Below the pieces are notes generated by a model. It saw only the letters and a list, made by a program, of their open reading frames with translations, searched no databases and was not told the origin of the DNA. From Rhodobiaceae bacterium (GTDB lineage: Bacteria; Pseudomonadota; Alphaproteobacteria; Parvibaculales; Parvibaculaceae), in the NCBI GenBank assembly GCA_021404525.1, contig JAAWWE010000014.1:22407-86406 (forward strand): a stretch of 64,000 bases of DNA, written 5' to 3'. A program made the translations under genes and the position numbers. Below, piece by piece: positions 47,844-57,134 of this stretch (positions within the stretch are counted from its first letter, which is position 1; every line of letters begins with the position of its first letter).

Positions 47844-48763
47844 TCTCTTCTTCCCATTTTGTCCTGTTTTCTAGTTTTGATTTGCCTAATAGGCCCATCG
47901 ACATGCCCTCCCGCATCGACGTGAAGCACCTCGCCAGTGACGGCAGAGGCATAATCGCCCACGAGCAGGAGTGCGGCTCGGCCGACCTCATCGCCCGAGA
48001 AATTACGGCGCAAAGGTGCGACACGGGCGCTTGCGGACAAATGACTGCCAAAATTCGTCAGCCCGGACGCAGCACGGGTTTGAACCGGACCAGCAGAGAT
48101 CGCGTTCACCCTGATACCGCCCGGGCCGAGTTCGTGCGTGAGGTAACGCACGCTGCCTTCCGATGCTGCTTTCACCGGCTCCATGACGTTGTAATTCGCT
48201 ACGACCCGCTCTGCGCCAAGATAGCTCAGGGTTAGGATGCTGCCGCCCTTGGTCATCAGCGGTTTGGCCAGCCGTGCCATGCGGATCAGCGAATGCACGG
48301 AGACAGTCACCGCCTTGGCAAAACCCTCGGCCAAGGAATCGGTCAGGCGACCGTGCAAATCTGCTGGCGGAACCGAGCCGATGGCACGGAGCCGGAAGTC
48401 GAGCCGTCTCCACCGCTGCGAAATCGCCGCATTAACGGCTTTGAGTTGGTCTGGGACCGCGACATCGCAGGGCAGAACGATCGGTGCCTCCAGCTGCCGG
48501 GCAACGGGCTCCACGTGCGACCGGGTACGCTCGTTGACATAGGTGATGGCCAGTTCGGCTCCCGCTCGGCGCAAATGCATCGCCGCGGGCCAGGCCAGGC
48601 TGCGAGCGTCGTTCAGCTTGATGACAAGTCCCGTGCGCCCCGACAAGTCGAGCAATTCACTCGGATCGCAGCATTCCGCAAAACGAGGTCTGACAGCTAT
48701 GTCATCCTTGCCGGAGCTTGGGCAGGTTTCGGAGGCAGAGCTGGGGACATCTGCATCGGTCAC
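47840..48763 (-). CDS. fabI: Enoyl-ACP reductase FabI-like, apparently degenerate
   Basis: TLSYLG, YNVM..VKAA, RVNAISAGP..TRAASG. Conserved motifs altered (IKLNDARSLAW, DFRLRAIG). Confidence 0.7.
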   Translation of the reverse strand: MTDADVPSSASETCPSSGKDDIAVRPRFAECCDPSELLDLSGRTGLVIKLNDARSLAWPAAMHLRRAGAELAITYVNERTRSHVEPVARQLEAPIVLPCDVAVPDQLKAVNAAISQRWRRLDFRLRAIGSVPPADLHGRLTDSLAEGFAKAVTVSVHSLIRMARLAKPLMTKGGSILTLSYLGAERVVANYNVMEPVKAASEGSVRYLTHELGPGGIRVNAISAGPVQTRAASGLTNFGSHLSASARVAPLRRNFSGDEVGRAALLLVGDYASAVTGEVLHVDAGGHVDGPIRQIKTRKQDKMGRRE

Positions 48764-48963
48764 TTCGTGTCGCCGTCCTTAGCATCTCGATCCCGGTCGG
48801 TTTTGTCTGGAGCTGCCTCGCGCTGTCTCCTCCGTGCATCCCCGGTCAGCGGGTGTGCGCGTCCGCCATGGCCTTTGCTGCCATGGCCGTGACCAAAGAG
48901 ATGCATCGCGATCATGCCACCCAAGAGCAGAAGCACGAGCCAGTTTTCGGTGATCCACTCCAT
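48760..48963 (-). CDS. DUF2933-like small protein
   Basis: WITENW...MHLFGHGHG..GHGG. Confidence 0.75.
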   Translation of the reverse strand: MEWITENWLVLLLLGGMIAMHLFGHGHGSKGHGGRAHPLTGDARRRQREAAPDKTDRDRDAKDGDTK

Positions 48964-48966
48964 CGC

Positions 48967-50754
48967 TCAGTCCTTGTCTTTCGCTGAAAAACCTGCGCCG
49001 GGCACGAACATCGCCTTGAACACTGCTGCAAATGCGAGATCGCGGGCTTGCCGCAGCTCGCCGAGGCTGGACCCTATACGCTCAAAGGCTTCCCGCTCTG
49101 CCGCCACGGACGGGTCGTCTTTTGGTAATGGCTGGCGCTTCGGGCGGATGGCCTCGGCCATGGTTTTCACCGTGGCCATCCACGGGTTGTAGCGTGCCGA
49201 GAACATCAACCGGCTCCAGCGCATGGGGTGCATGTTGCGAAGGACTTCGGCTGAGTACGGCGTCGTCATCGCCCTGATCCAAGGTCCAGCGAACAAATCG
49301 TAGGCCGCTTCGCCAATGCGGGAGACCTGCGCAACGTTGCGAAGCGCGTCCTCGGGGTGGACTTCGCCTACATCGGATACCTCGCGCGGTTTGAAGTGGA
49401 CCGAATAGGCCGATTTACGGCAGTCGGGATCGCCAGTTGGGTTGTCGATCTGCATTTCGTAGAGACCCGGTTCCAACCCCTCGATCTCTTCGAGGCTTTC
49501 GAGGATCGCGCGATGTTCGAGGCGCGCGACAGAGGCGGAAACGAAGATACCCAGATGCCCGACACGAGGGTTGATCAAGTAGACGATGCGCTGGCCGGCA
49601 GCTTTCAGCGCGGCGGTATCGGAATAGACCTTCGGAATCCAGCCAAGCGCCTGGGCCGGTGGCGTGATGTTGTCGCCCTCCGAGGCGAAGATCACGATCG
49701 GGTTCTGCATGCGTCGCAAATCGGCGGTGCAGCCATCGCAGATGCGCAGTTCGCCGTTTTCGAGCTTGTTGCCCAAGAACAGGTTCTCGGTGATCGCGAG
49801 GATTTCCTCACGGCTCAGCGTGTAGAAACCGTTCCACCAGCGTTCGAACTCCAGGAATCGTTCGCGTTCACCGTCCACGTTGGTGAAGAGATCCACATAC
49901 TTCTCCCAGATCGCCTTTTCAGGTTGCAGGTTTTCGAAGTTCTGCGCGAGCGACGCGCCATCGAAACGACCGTCGCCCAAGTCCGCTGCCATATGTGCAG
50001 CCCATGTACCGCCCACGAACGCACCCATAATACGCATCGGGTTGGTACCGGCCTCACCCGCCCAGTAGGAGAGCGGCGAGCCGTTTAGGACAATCGGTCC
50101 CGCAAGCCCGTTGCAATCTGAGGCAAGCAGCGTGATCGCCCAGCCCGCTTGGCAATTGCCGTAAAGAACCGGTGGATGGTCGGGATGGCGCTGTGCGATT
50201 TCCTCTGTGAATTGGCGCAGGGCATGGTGCACATCTTCCAGGGTTTGGCCCGGCTCGGGTTCAGGATAGAACACCACAAAATAGACCGGGTGGCCTTCGT
50301 GCATAGCGATACCGACTTCGCTGTCGCGTTTGAAGCCGCCTATACCGGGGCCATGGCCTGCACGCGGGTCAACGACGATCACCGGAGGTTTGGCCATGTC
50401 GACGCAATCGTCCCAGCAATCGTCGCCGATTTCGGTGATCCTGAGAAGCGCGTAATTCGCGGGGCGCTCAAAGCGGCGTGCGTCAAGAACGGTTTCATAC
50501 TTGAAGTCGAGCAATGGCGGCATGCCCCGGCGCTCGTGCTCGATCATGTTGTCGGCGCGTTCGCGAAGCGTGTCCATGAACAGAACCCAGCGTTCGAACA
50601 GATCCCTAGGATAGGCTGAAGACGCTTGGACCCGGCTGACAGCTTGCGGGGTCACAGGCTCTGCGGCCGACGACATGCCTTGCTCGACAACCCAGTCTTT
50701 GTGGGTTTCAGCTACAGTATTGAGCTGCGGCTTGCGTGATCTGGTTGCGGCCAT
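48967..50754 (-). CDS. DUF3141-family alpha/beta hydrolase (PHA synthase/depolymerase-like)
   Basis: DPRAGHGPGIGGFK, GNCQAGW nucleophile Cys, GDNITPP, GHLGIFVS. Confidence 0.85.
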   Translation of the reverse strand: MAATRSRKPQLNTVAETHKDWVVEQGMSSAAEPVTPQAVSRVQASSAYPRDLFERWVLFMDTLRERADNMIEHERRGMPPLLDFKYETVLDARRFERPANYALLRITEIGDDCWDDCVDMAKPPVIVVDPRAGHGPGIGGFKRDSEVGIAMHEGHPVYFVVFYPEPEPGQTLEDVHHALRQFTEEIAQRHPDHPPVLYGNCQAGWAITLLASDCNGLAGPIVLNGSPLSYWAGEAGTNPMRIMGAFVGGTWAAHMAADLGDGRFDGASLAQNFENLQPEKAIWEKYVDLFTNVDGERERFLEFERWWNGFYTLSREEILAITENLFLGNKLENGELRICDGCTADLRRMQNPIVIFASEGDNITPPAQALGWIPKVYSDTAALKAAGQRIVYLINPRVGHLGIFVSASVARLEHRAILESLEEIEGLEPGLYEMQIDNPTGDPDCRKSAYSVHFKPREVSDVGEVHPEDALRNVAQVSRIGEAAYDLFAGPWIRAMTTPYSAEVLRNMHPMRWSRLMFSARYNPWMATVKTMAEAIRPKRQPLPKDDPSVAAEREAFERIGSSLGELRQARDLAFAAVFKAMFVPGAGFSAKDKD

Positions 50755-50756
50755 CT

Positions 50757-51038
50757 TCAACTCCGTTCAGCGAAGAAATTGAACAACGGGCCAAAGATCA
50801 GCGCCACGAACCAACCGTAGAGCAGTGTTTCAGCAATTCCCAGTAGATAGCTACCGATGCTGATCCTGTCGACCCACGGCAATAGCTGCATCCAGAGGCG
50901 CGACATTTCCTGGCTCGGGAACGCGAGGTCGAAAAGCACGCAGATCGTAAAGGTGATCGCGAAGAAAATTCCCAGACTCCATCCCAGAGCCTGAAGTGGG
51001 ATGCGCGCATTGCGGTGCTCTTCGGTGGCTGTGGTCAT
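50757..51038 (-). CDS. DUF5676-like small membrane protein
   Basis: GWSL...TFTICVLF...LLPW...YGWFVALIF.PLFN. Confidence 0.7.
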   Translation of the reverse strand: MTTATEEHRNARIPLQALGWSLGIFFAITFTICVLFDLAFPSQEMSRLWMQLLPWVDRISIGSYLLGIAETLLYGWFVALIFGPLFNFFAERS

Positions 51039-51134
51039 GGCGATGCCTCCTTTGTCATATTGCGCCTGTCGTGGCGTGTCATGAGAAAGACGCTTCGGAT
51101 CCGTATACGTTACACGTTCTTCGCCCCGCTGATT

Positions 51135-52049
51135 CTAGAAGTCAGTTTTTCCACCTTTAGCCGCCGCAGTCCTGGCTTCGGGAGGATCGGAACTCGTCAG
51201 AGCGACACCGGCAAGCGTCACCAGGATGCCAAGGCCGGCAATATATCCGACGGTTTCGCCGAAGAAAATTGCACCCATGGCCAGTCCAAATCCCGGCACG
51301 AGGAAGGCGAAAGCGTTGGCGTGGCTGAGTTCCGTAGTCTTCAGGATTTCACTCCAGAGCCAATAGGCGAAAGACGACCCCAGAAGGCTGATTGCGAGCA
51401 AGATCAGGATGAATTGTGGTGAGAAGGTTGCCGAAAACGGATCCTCAAGCAAAACCGCTCCCAGCATCAGGGGCAATCCGCCGATCAACATCTGAAAACC
51501 CATCGCCATCAAAGCATCAACCCGGCCTACTAGCGCGCGGATGAGAACGTTGCTGACTGTGATGCCGACCGCCGCGAGAAGGATGTAAGCGACCCCTAAA
51601 CCGAAGCCGCCTGCCGTGGGAGCTCCTATTTCCGGTGCGGCGATCATAATGATGCCGATGAATCCCAAACCAAGACCAGCCTTCCCTCGAATTCCCAAGC
51701 GCTCACCTAGTACCGCAGCCGCAAGGGCGGCGGCCATCAGAGGCTGGGCATTTGCCAGCACTGTTGCGATCCCTGGAGAAACAAATTCGGATGCCATGAA
51801 CATACCCAGAAATCCAAGAGTGGTGGCTCCGAGACCGATGCCGGTAATGGCGAGCCAGACCGGTCTGCTCTTTGGCCACGGTCGGCCAAGAGCGAGCCCG
51901 ATAAAGACAAGCGCTGCTCCGGCGAGAAAGGCGCGCAGAGTGGCGAAGGTCAGATGCGGCGCATAGGCAAAGCCCGCGACGATAAGCGGGAAACAGACCG
52001 CCCATAAGAACATCACCAGGATGATGAGTGATGCCTTGTGGACCGTCAT
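51135..52049 (-). CDS. DMT/EamA-family transporter
   Basis: Ten TMs, two EamA repeats (LGER; FFGE). Confidence 0.88.
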   Translation of the reverse strand: MTVHKASLIILVMFLWAVCFPLIVAGFAYAPHLTFATLRAFLAGAALVFIGLALGRPWPKSRPVWLAITGIGLGATTLGFLGMFMASEFVSPGIATVLANAQPLMAAALAAAVLGERLGIRGKAGLGLGFIGIIMIAAPEIGAPTAGGFGLGVAYILLAAVGITVSNVLIRALVGRVDALMAMGFQMLIGGLPLMLGAVLLEDPFSATFSPQFILILLAISLLGSSFAYWLWSEILKTTELSHANAFAFLVPGFGLAMGAIFFGETVGYIAGLGILVTLAGVALTSSDPPEARTAAAKGGKTDF

Positions 52050-53380
52050 TCGGCGGCAACTTCCTTGTCAATGGGAGCATCAGGTTTGTTGCCCGCGCTG
52101 CTCGTTTCGCTGCCCGGATCGGGCAACTTGCGTTTTGCGACTTCGATATAGTTGCGCGTTGTCGGCACAGCGTCCAGCCGGTGTGCGAGTTGAATCTGAA
52201 AAACAACGAGACGGTTGTGACGGAACCCGGCTTCGCAGGCCGCAAGATAGAACTCCCACATCCGGCAGAAGCGCTCGTCATAGAGCACCGCCGCCTCGTC
52301 CCGCCGCGCGAGAAACCGCTCTCGCCACGCTCTCAGCGTTTCGGCATAGTGCAGACGGAGGACTTCGATATCCGTAGCTACGAGGCCAGCTCGTTCGATC
52401 TCAGGGACAATCTCCGAAAGCGACGGTACATAGCCGCCCGGGAAAATGTACTTCGCGATCCAGGGATCGGGCGCCCGCGGTCCGCAGCTGCTGCCGATTG
52501 TGTGCAGCAGCGCCACTCCATCCTTTTCAAGCAGTGCCGCAATCTTGGCGAAGTATTCGCGGTAATGTCCTGCGCCGACATGTTCGAACATGCCGACGGA
52601 CACGATCCTGTCAAACCGGCCGGTCTGGTGGCGGTAATCACGCAACTCGAAACGGACGCGGCCAGCGAGTTCTTCGCGGATTGCGCGCGCGCTGGCGTGT
52701 CTCTCTTGATCTACGGAAAGTGTCAGACCGGTGACATCCGCTCCCGTGGTGTGCGCAAGATACATCCCCAGCCCGCCCCAACCTGACCCGATATCCAGCA
52801 CTCTTTGCGCAGGTTCTAGTCGCAGCTTGGCCGCAATGTGCCGCATCTTGTGTTTCTGCGCGTCCTCAAGGCTGTCACGGGAATCCCGGAAATACGCACA
52901 AGAGTACTGACGCTCGGGATCGAGGAAAAGGTCATAGAGATCGTCGCCCAGATCGTAGTGATGTGCTACGTTCCGCCGTGCCCGGGTTACCGGGTTGTGC
53001 ATCGCCAGCCGTCTCACCGCCATGCGCATGCGATGGTTTGCCCGCCACAACCAATGCGTCGGAGCCTCGTCGGCATTTCGCAGGCAAAGCGCAAGAAACT
53101 CGTAGAGATCTCCTGTTTCCACGCTGAGCGCGCCATCCATCCACGCTTCTCCAATGGCAAGGTAGGGATTTAACGCAATCCGGCGCAAGGTCGGCCAGTC
53201 GTGGATTGAAATGGCAATTGTTGGCATCGTGCCGCCATAGGTGCGCACTTCACCGCCCGGCAGATGCACTCGAAGCGTTCCCCTTCGAATCAAATTGTGC
53301 AGCGCGCGGTCCAAAAGCCAATGCGCTAACTTAGCCGGGTGAACTTGCGCTAAGATAAATTTAGTTCTTTGGTACGCCAT
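52046..53380 (-). CDS. cfa: Cyclopropane-fatty-acyl-phospholipid synthase
   Basis: NVAHHYDLG, YSCAYF, LDIGSGWG, SVGMFEHVG, YIFPGG, RMWEFYL. Confidence 0.9.
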   Translation of the reverse strand: MAYQRTKFILAQVHPAKLAHWLLDRALHNLIRRGTLRVHLPGGEVRTYGGTMPTIAISIHDWPTLRRIALNPYLAIGEAWMDGALSVETGDLYEFLALCLRNADEAPTHWLWRANHRMRMAVRRLAMHNPVTRARRNVAHHYDLGDDLYDLFLDPERQYSCAYFRDSRDSLEDAQKHKMRHIAAKLRLEPAQRVLDIGSGWGGLGMYLAHTTGADVTGLTLSVDQERHASARAIREELAGRVRFELRDYRHQTGRFDRIVSVGMFEHVGAGHYREYFAKIAALLEKDGVALLHTIGSSCGPRAPDPWIAKYIFPGGYVPSLSEIVPEIERAGLVATDIEVLRLHYAETLRAWRERFLARRDEAAVLYDERFCRMWEFYLAACEAGFRHNRLVVFQIQLAHRLDAVPTTRNYIEVAKRKLPDPGSETSSAGNKPDAPIDKEVAAE

Positions 53381-53932
53381 GGTTTTCGTCACGTTTTGAC
53401 AAGCTTCCCCAAACAACGAACTCAACCAGTTTTACCGATGCAGGTCTTTCCATTTTGATTTGTCGATGGCGTATGACCCTGGAGACTCGCCTCACGATCG
53501 TGGGTAAAGCGTCTAATCGTTGTAGCCTTGGGAATTGTGCCAAAGAATTCAGCAGTACGCTTCCAGTATGTTTGAGCCCTAAGGCTGGCAAGCTCATGAC
53601 GGTTAGGCTCAAGTCGCAAAAAAAGAACGGCTTTCCAACCTTTTTTGCTGCCAAATCGGAACAGGAATACGAATTGCGCTACCGGAGACGTGTTTCCGGT
53701 GCGTGTATGCTATCAGGTCGCACGCGATGAGCAAAACGAATGCTACCAAGGCGAAGGTGGTGAGAGCTCCGAACATGTTAATCTCCTCTGAGCCAAAGGG
53801 CGTTGCGGTCTTCAATGGAGAAGACGTTGTGGCGAACTGTTCGTTACAGAAAGACTTGATGCCGAAGTCGAGGATAGGCTTAGGTAGCCGTGAAATCTTA
53901 CCAACACGCTTGAGCTCCTAGCCAAGCATTTT

Positions 53933-54241
53933 TCACAGTTTAGTTTCGCAACAACTCAGAGGTTCTCGTCCAAGGATGCTGTTCACCAATGCCTTGGCTG
54001 CGCAGCGGCGCGAAAGCACAAGGATTACGTGGGCCTCATTGTGATCGAGTTCCAGAGAATTTGCTACAAGTGCTAAGGCTTCGTCTTCGATTTCCACTCT
54101 TCGGAATAACTCAAGCGCGATCGAACCAACATCAGCTTCTAAAGATTCGCCGCACTTGCATAGTAGCTCTGTGAGTAAATGAGCTGTTTCACCCGTACTG
54201 ATATCTTCACTCTTTGCTCTTGGTTCAAATGACGGTGGCAC
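53933..54241 (-). CDS. Hypothetical Cys-containing protein downstream of the sigma factor
   Basis: RBS AGGAG upstream; LCKC and SCC motifs; no family recognised. Confidence 0.4.
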   Translation of the reverse strand: MPPSFEPRAKSEDISTGETAHLLTELLCKCGESLEADVGSIALELFRRVEIEDEALALVANSLELDHNEAHVILVLSRRCAAKALVNSILGREPLSCCETKL

Positions 54242-54311
54242 GACCCTTATCTCCTCCTGAGATATCCCTTAGTGGAGGACGCGCTATGCAGAAATGTCTT
54301 ACAACGCCGTA

Positions 54312-54977
54312 CTATTTGGTGAGTTGATCCTCTTCGCAATCGGTTTCCTCAACCGGGTGTTCGCAGCCCTCCGGTGGACAGGAACAGTCTTCAAACCCAT
54401 GGCGACAGCATGGTCCACAATGAGCTAACAACGCATCGCCCAAAGCAACTCGGGCACGGTGAAGTCGGACATTTAAGGTTCCCGGCTTGATCCCCAAGTC
54501 TTTTGCAACCGCGCTTCGTTCAACTTCTTCGATATCGACACGGCGGATTAGATCAGCATCGTTCGGTCGCAGTTCCGTCACCAAACCTTTGACGCATTCA
54601 CAAATCATACTCATTGCTTCGACAGGGTCTTCAGCGACTATTGCCGCCTCGACTTCTCGCGAAACGGCATCTTTCAGTCGATTGGATCTACCAAGTTTCC
54701 GATAATGATCATTTAGCGCGGAGCGTAAAACGGCGTATAACCACGCGTCCATGCGATCCACTTCGCGTAACTGGTCTTTACGTGCAAGAACCCGCATGCA
54801 GAAGTCTTGCAAGACGTCCTCGGCGTCGGACCGGTCCTTCAGTCGCTTCATCAAGAATCCGAGAAATGCTCCTCTGTTCGTTGATAATACCGCCTCCGGA
54901 TTGTTGTTCTGAGGACTACGTTTTCGGCGCGTCTGATTGGTTGAACTGCTCACATTTTGCTCTTTCTTCGGGTTCAT
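54312..54977 (-). CDS. ECF sigma factor with CxC linker and C-terminal Cys-rich domain (CorE-like)
   Basis: DAEDVLQD, AWLYAVLR, ICEC, VRLHRAR, HCGPCCRHGFEDCSCPPEGCEH. Confidence 0.85.
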   Translation of the reverse strand: MNPKKEQNVSSSTNQTRRKRSPQNNNPEAVLSTNRGAFLGFLMKRLKDRSDAEDVLQDFCMRVLARKDQLREVDRMDAWLYAVLRSALNDHYRKLGRSNRLKDAVSREVEAAIVAEDPVEAMSMICECVKGLVTELRPNDADLIRRVDIEEVERSAVAKDLGIKPGTLNVRLHRARVALGDALLAHCGPCCRHGFEDCSCPPEGCEHPVEETDCEEDQLTK

Positions 54978-55082
54978 TTAAAAGCCCTTCTCATTGATAG
55001 CGTCACGGTCGGCTTGGACCGCGCACGTCAAAGAAGAAACAGAGAAGATCTCTTACCAATCACAAAACCTCTGCCGGCGCCC

Positions 55083-55979
55083 CTACCTTGGTTGATCCAT
55101 TAGGTATTCGGCCATGGCGGCAAGATCTCCAGTGCTGAGAAACTGCGTTCCATGTAACACGACTTCTCCCATAGCGTTGCCAAAGGCATCCCCGGACGGG
55201 GTAAGACCGGTCTTTAATGCATAGGCCAAACTGTCCGCGTCCCATCCTTGATTTATAAGCGACGCTGTGTCGATCGCAGGCGCTTTACCTCCACCTGGGA
55301 TCAAGTCTGAACCAGCGAACTTCTCCGTTTTTTCCTTGCGCCCTCCAGCCAAGTTGCGCGGTGTGTGACACGCACTGCAGTGAGTCGCTCCTTCGACCAA
55401 CCATTTGCCACGATTCCAACTATCGCTTTTGCCCTCCACAGGTTCCGTATCAGGGTCGTACATAAATGCTGCGCGCCACAACTTTAGACCCGCACGCTGA
55501 TTGAACGGAAACATCATATTTGGCGCGATAGAAGGTTCCGCCACCGGTGGCACAGTTTGGAATGCCGCCCAGAGATCCGCGATGTCCTGATCTGAGAAGT
55601 CCGCATAGAACGGATAGGTGAAAGCGGGATAATAGGGCTCTCCCTCCGGGGATATGCCCTGCCTTACCGCGACTGCGAACTGGTCGATTGTCCAATCCCC
55701 GATTCCGTGAACAGGATCTGTCGTTAGATTTGGCGAATACAATGTGCCAAATGGGGTCTCCAGAGCTATACCACCTGCCAGAGGTGCGCCGCCCTCTGGG
55801 TTGGTATGGCAGGCGATGCAGCCGGATGCTCTCGCAAGATAGGCTCCATTCTGAACACTGCCGTCCAGAGCCGCCAGTGACGGCGACGGAGTTCGGGCAA
55901 TTGGCCAAGCAGCGAGCCCAAAAAAGCCGATCACCGTAAAGGCGGCAAGCAATCCAACGCCAATAGATAGGCGCTTCAT
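55083..55979 (-). CDS. Membrane-anchored dihaem cytochrome c
   Basis: CIACH and CSACH haem motifs; TPFGTLYSPNLT. Confidence 0.88.
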   Translation of the reverse strand: MKRLSIGVGLLAAFTVIGFFGLAAWPIARTPSPSLAALDGSVQNGAYLARASGCIACHTNPEGGAPLAGGIALETPFGTLYSPNLTTDPVHGIGDWTIDQFAVAVRQGISPEGEPYYPAFTYPFYADFSDQDIADLWAAFQTVPPVAEPSIAPNMMFPFNQRAGLKLWRAAFMYDPDTEPVEGKSDSWNRGKWLVEGATHCSACHTPRNLAGGRKEKTEKFAGSDLIPGGGKAPAIDTASLINQGWDADSLAYALKTGLTPSGDAFGNAMGEVVLHGTQFLSTGDLAAMAEYLMDQPR

Positions 55980-55980
55980 A

Positions 55981-56556
55981 TTAGTTAGACTCGGCGCGGA
56001 ATTTCGTATGACACGCCGAACATGCTTGGCCGACTTTTGCAAAGACCGCGTCGGCTGGCATCTGCGCAAGCATCTCGATGTCTATCATGCCGTTCATAGT
56101 TTGCCCCATCATGCCGCCCGTTCCCATCATGCCGCTGGTCCCCATCATGTTTGTGCTAGCTCCTTCTTCAGACACCGATTCCGCTAGACCATTTTCGGCG
56201 GCCTGCGCGAGACCTTTGCCAAGGTTCTCCAGTTGCATGGCAAGAACTTCGAATTGTTCCCAATCTGTCCATACATCGTCTTTCGCCTCGGAGGGCATAC
56301 CACCGCTCCCTTCTGGGAAAAGCTTCGTCATTGCCTCACCAGCATGTTCCTCGATCGTGCGCGCGTAGTCTCGGATAGCTTCAGCGTTGTATTCGACGTT
56401 ACCGCGCATCATCGGTGTAATCGCCTTAGTCGCCTTGCTCATAGCCACCATGCCATCCATGCGTTCCTTTACGATGCCTGTGGCGCTGCCATGCGCCCAA
56501 ACGAGACTTGCGGCGGAGACCGCGATTAGTGAAAGTAAAAGGGTAGTCTTTTTCAT
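55981..56556 (-). CDS. Cytochrome c'/c556 with Met-rich insert
   Basis: Signal peptide, C-terminal CSACHTKFR, MMGTSGMMGTGGMMGQ. Confidence 0.85.
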   Translation of the reverse strand: MKKTTLLLSLIAVSAASLVWAHGSATGIVKERMDGMVAMSKATKAITPMMRGNVEYNAEAIRDYARTIEEHAGEAMTKLFPEGSGGMPSEAKDDVWTDWEQFEVLAMQLENLGKGLAQAAENGLAESVSEEGASTNMMGTSGMMGTGGMMGQTMNGMIDIEMLAQMPADAVFAKVGQACSACHTKFRAESN

Positions 56557-56672
56557 TTGTTTATCTCCTGTGGGATTGTTTAGTGAGGATGAGATGCAGC
56601 AGCTTCGCGATCACCTGATCAAATCAAAGTTCCGGTTTGCGCCACTTGGAAGTCTGTATGCCCCGGCCATGG

Positions 56673-57134
56673 TCAGCATTGACCTCTCGGTAATACATGT
56701 GCCGATATCTCCAGCGTTCCGTGCCTGAAATTCAAGAGTACAGTTGGATGGTCGCCTGGGGTGAGATCTTGTTTGAGATCAGTCAATCGCGCACCGATGT
56801 GGGAACTCGAGACGTCAAGTACTTCCCCTTCATCCACGCCAAATCCATTCTGCGCGATCGTCGAACCCACGAAATCTTTGAAGTATAACTCACCACCCAA
56901 AGACACATCGGATGCGACCCCATCTAGGAACACCATCTCGGCGGAAGTGTTCTCGAACACCATTTCAATCTCAGCGTCGCCATCTTGAAGACCGCTGGTA
57001 ACGCACAGTTTGCTTACGTAGATGCCGTGAAGACCTTCCAAGGACTGTTCGACGCCATCCGCGTGTGCAGGCAGAACAGCTACCGTCGACCAAATTAGTC
57101 CCATCACCAAAGCTTGCCGGGACAAGCGCATCAT
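56673..57134 (-). CDS. PCu(A)C-like periplasmic protein (divergent)
   Basis: Signal peptide; SHIGARLTDLKQDLTPGD.PTVLLNF resembles the PCuAC C-terminus. Confidence 0.5.
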   Translation of the reverse strand: MMRLSRQALVMGLIWSTVAVLPAHADGVEQSLEGLHGIYVSKLCVTSGLQDGDAEIEMVFENTSAEMVFLDGVASDVSLGGELYFKDFVGSTIAQNGFGVDEGEVLDVSSSHIGARLTDLKQDLTPGDHPTVLLNFRHGTLEISAHVLPRGQC

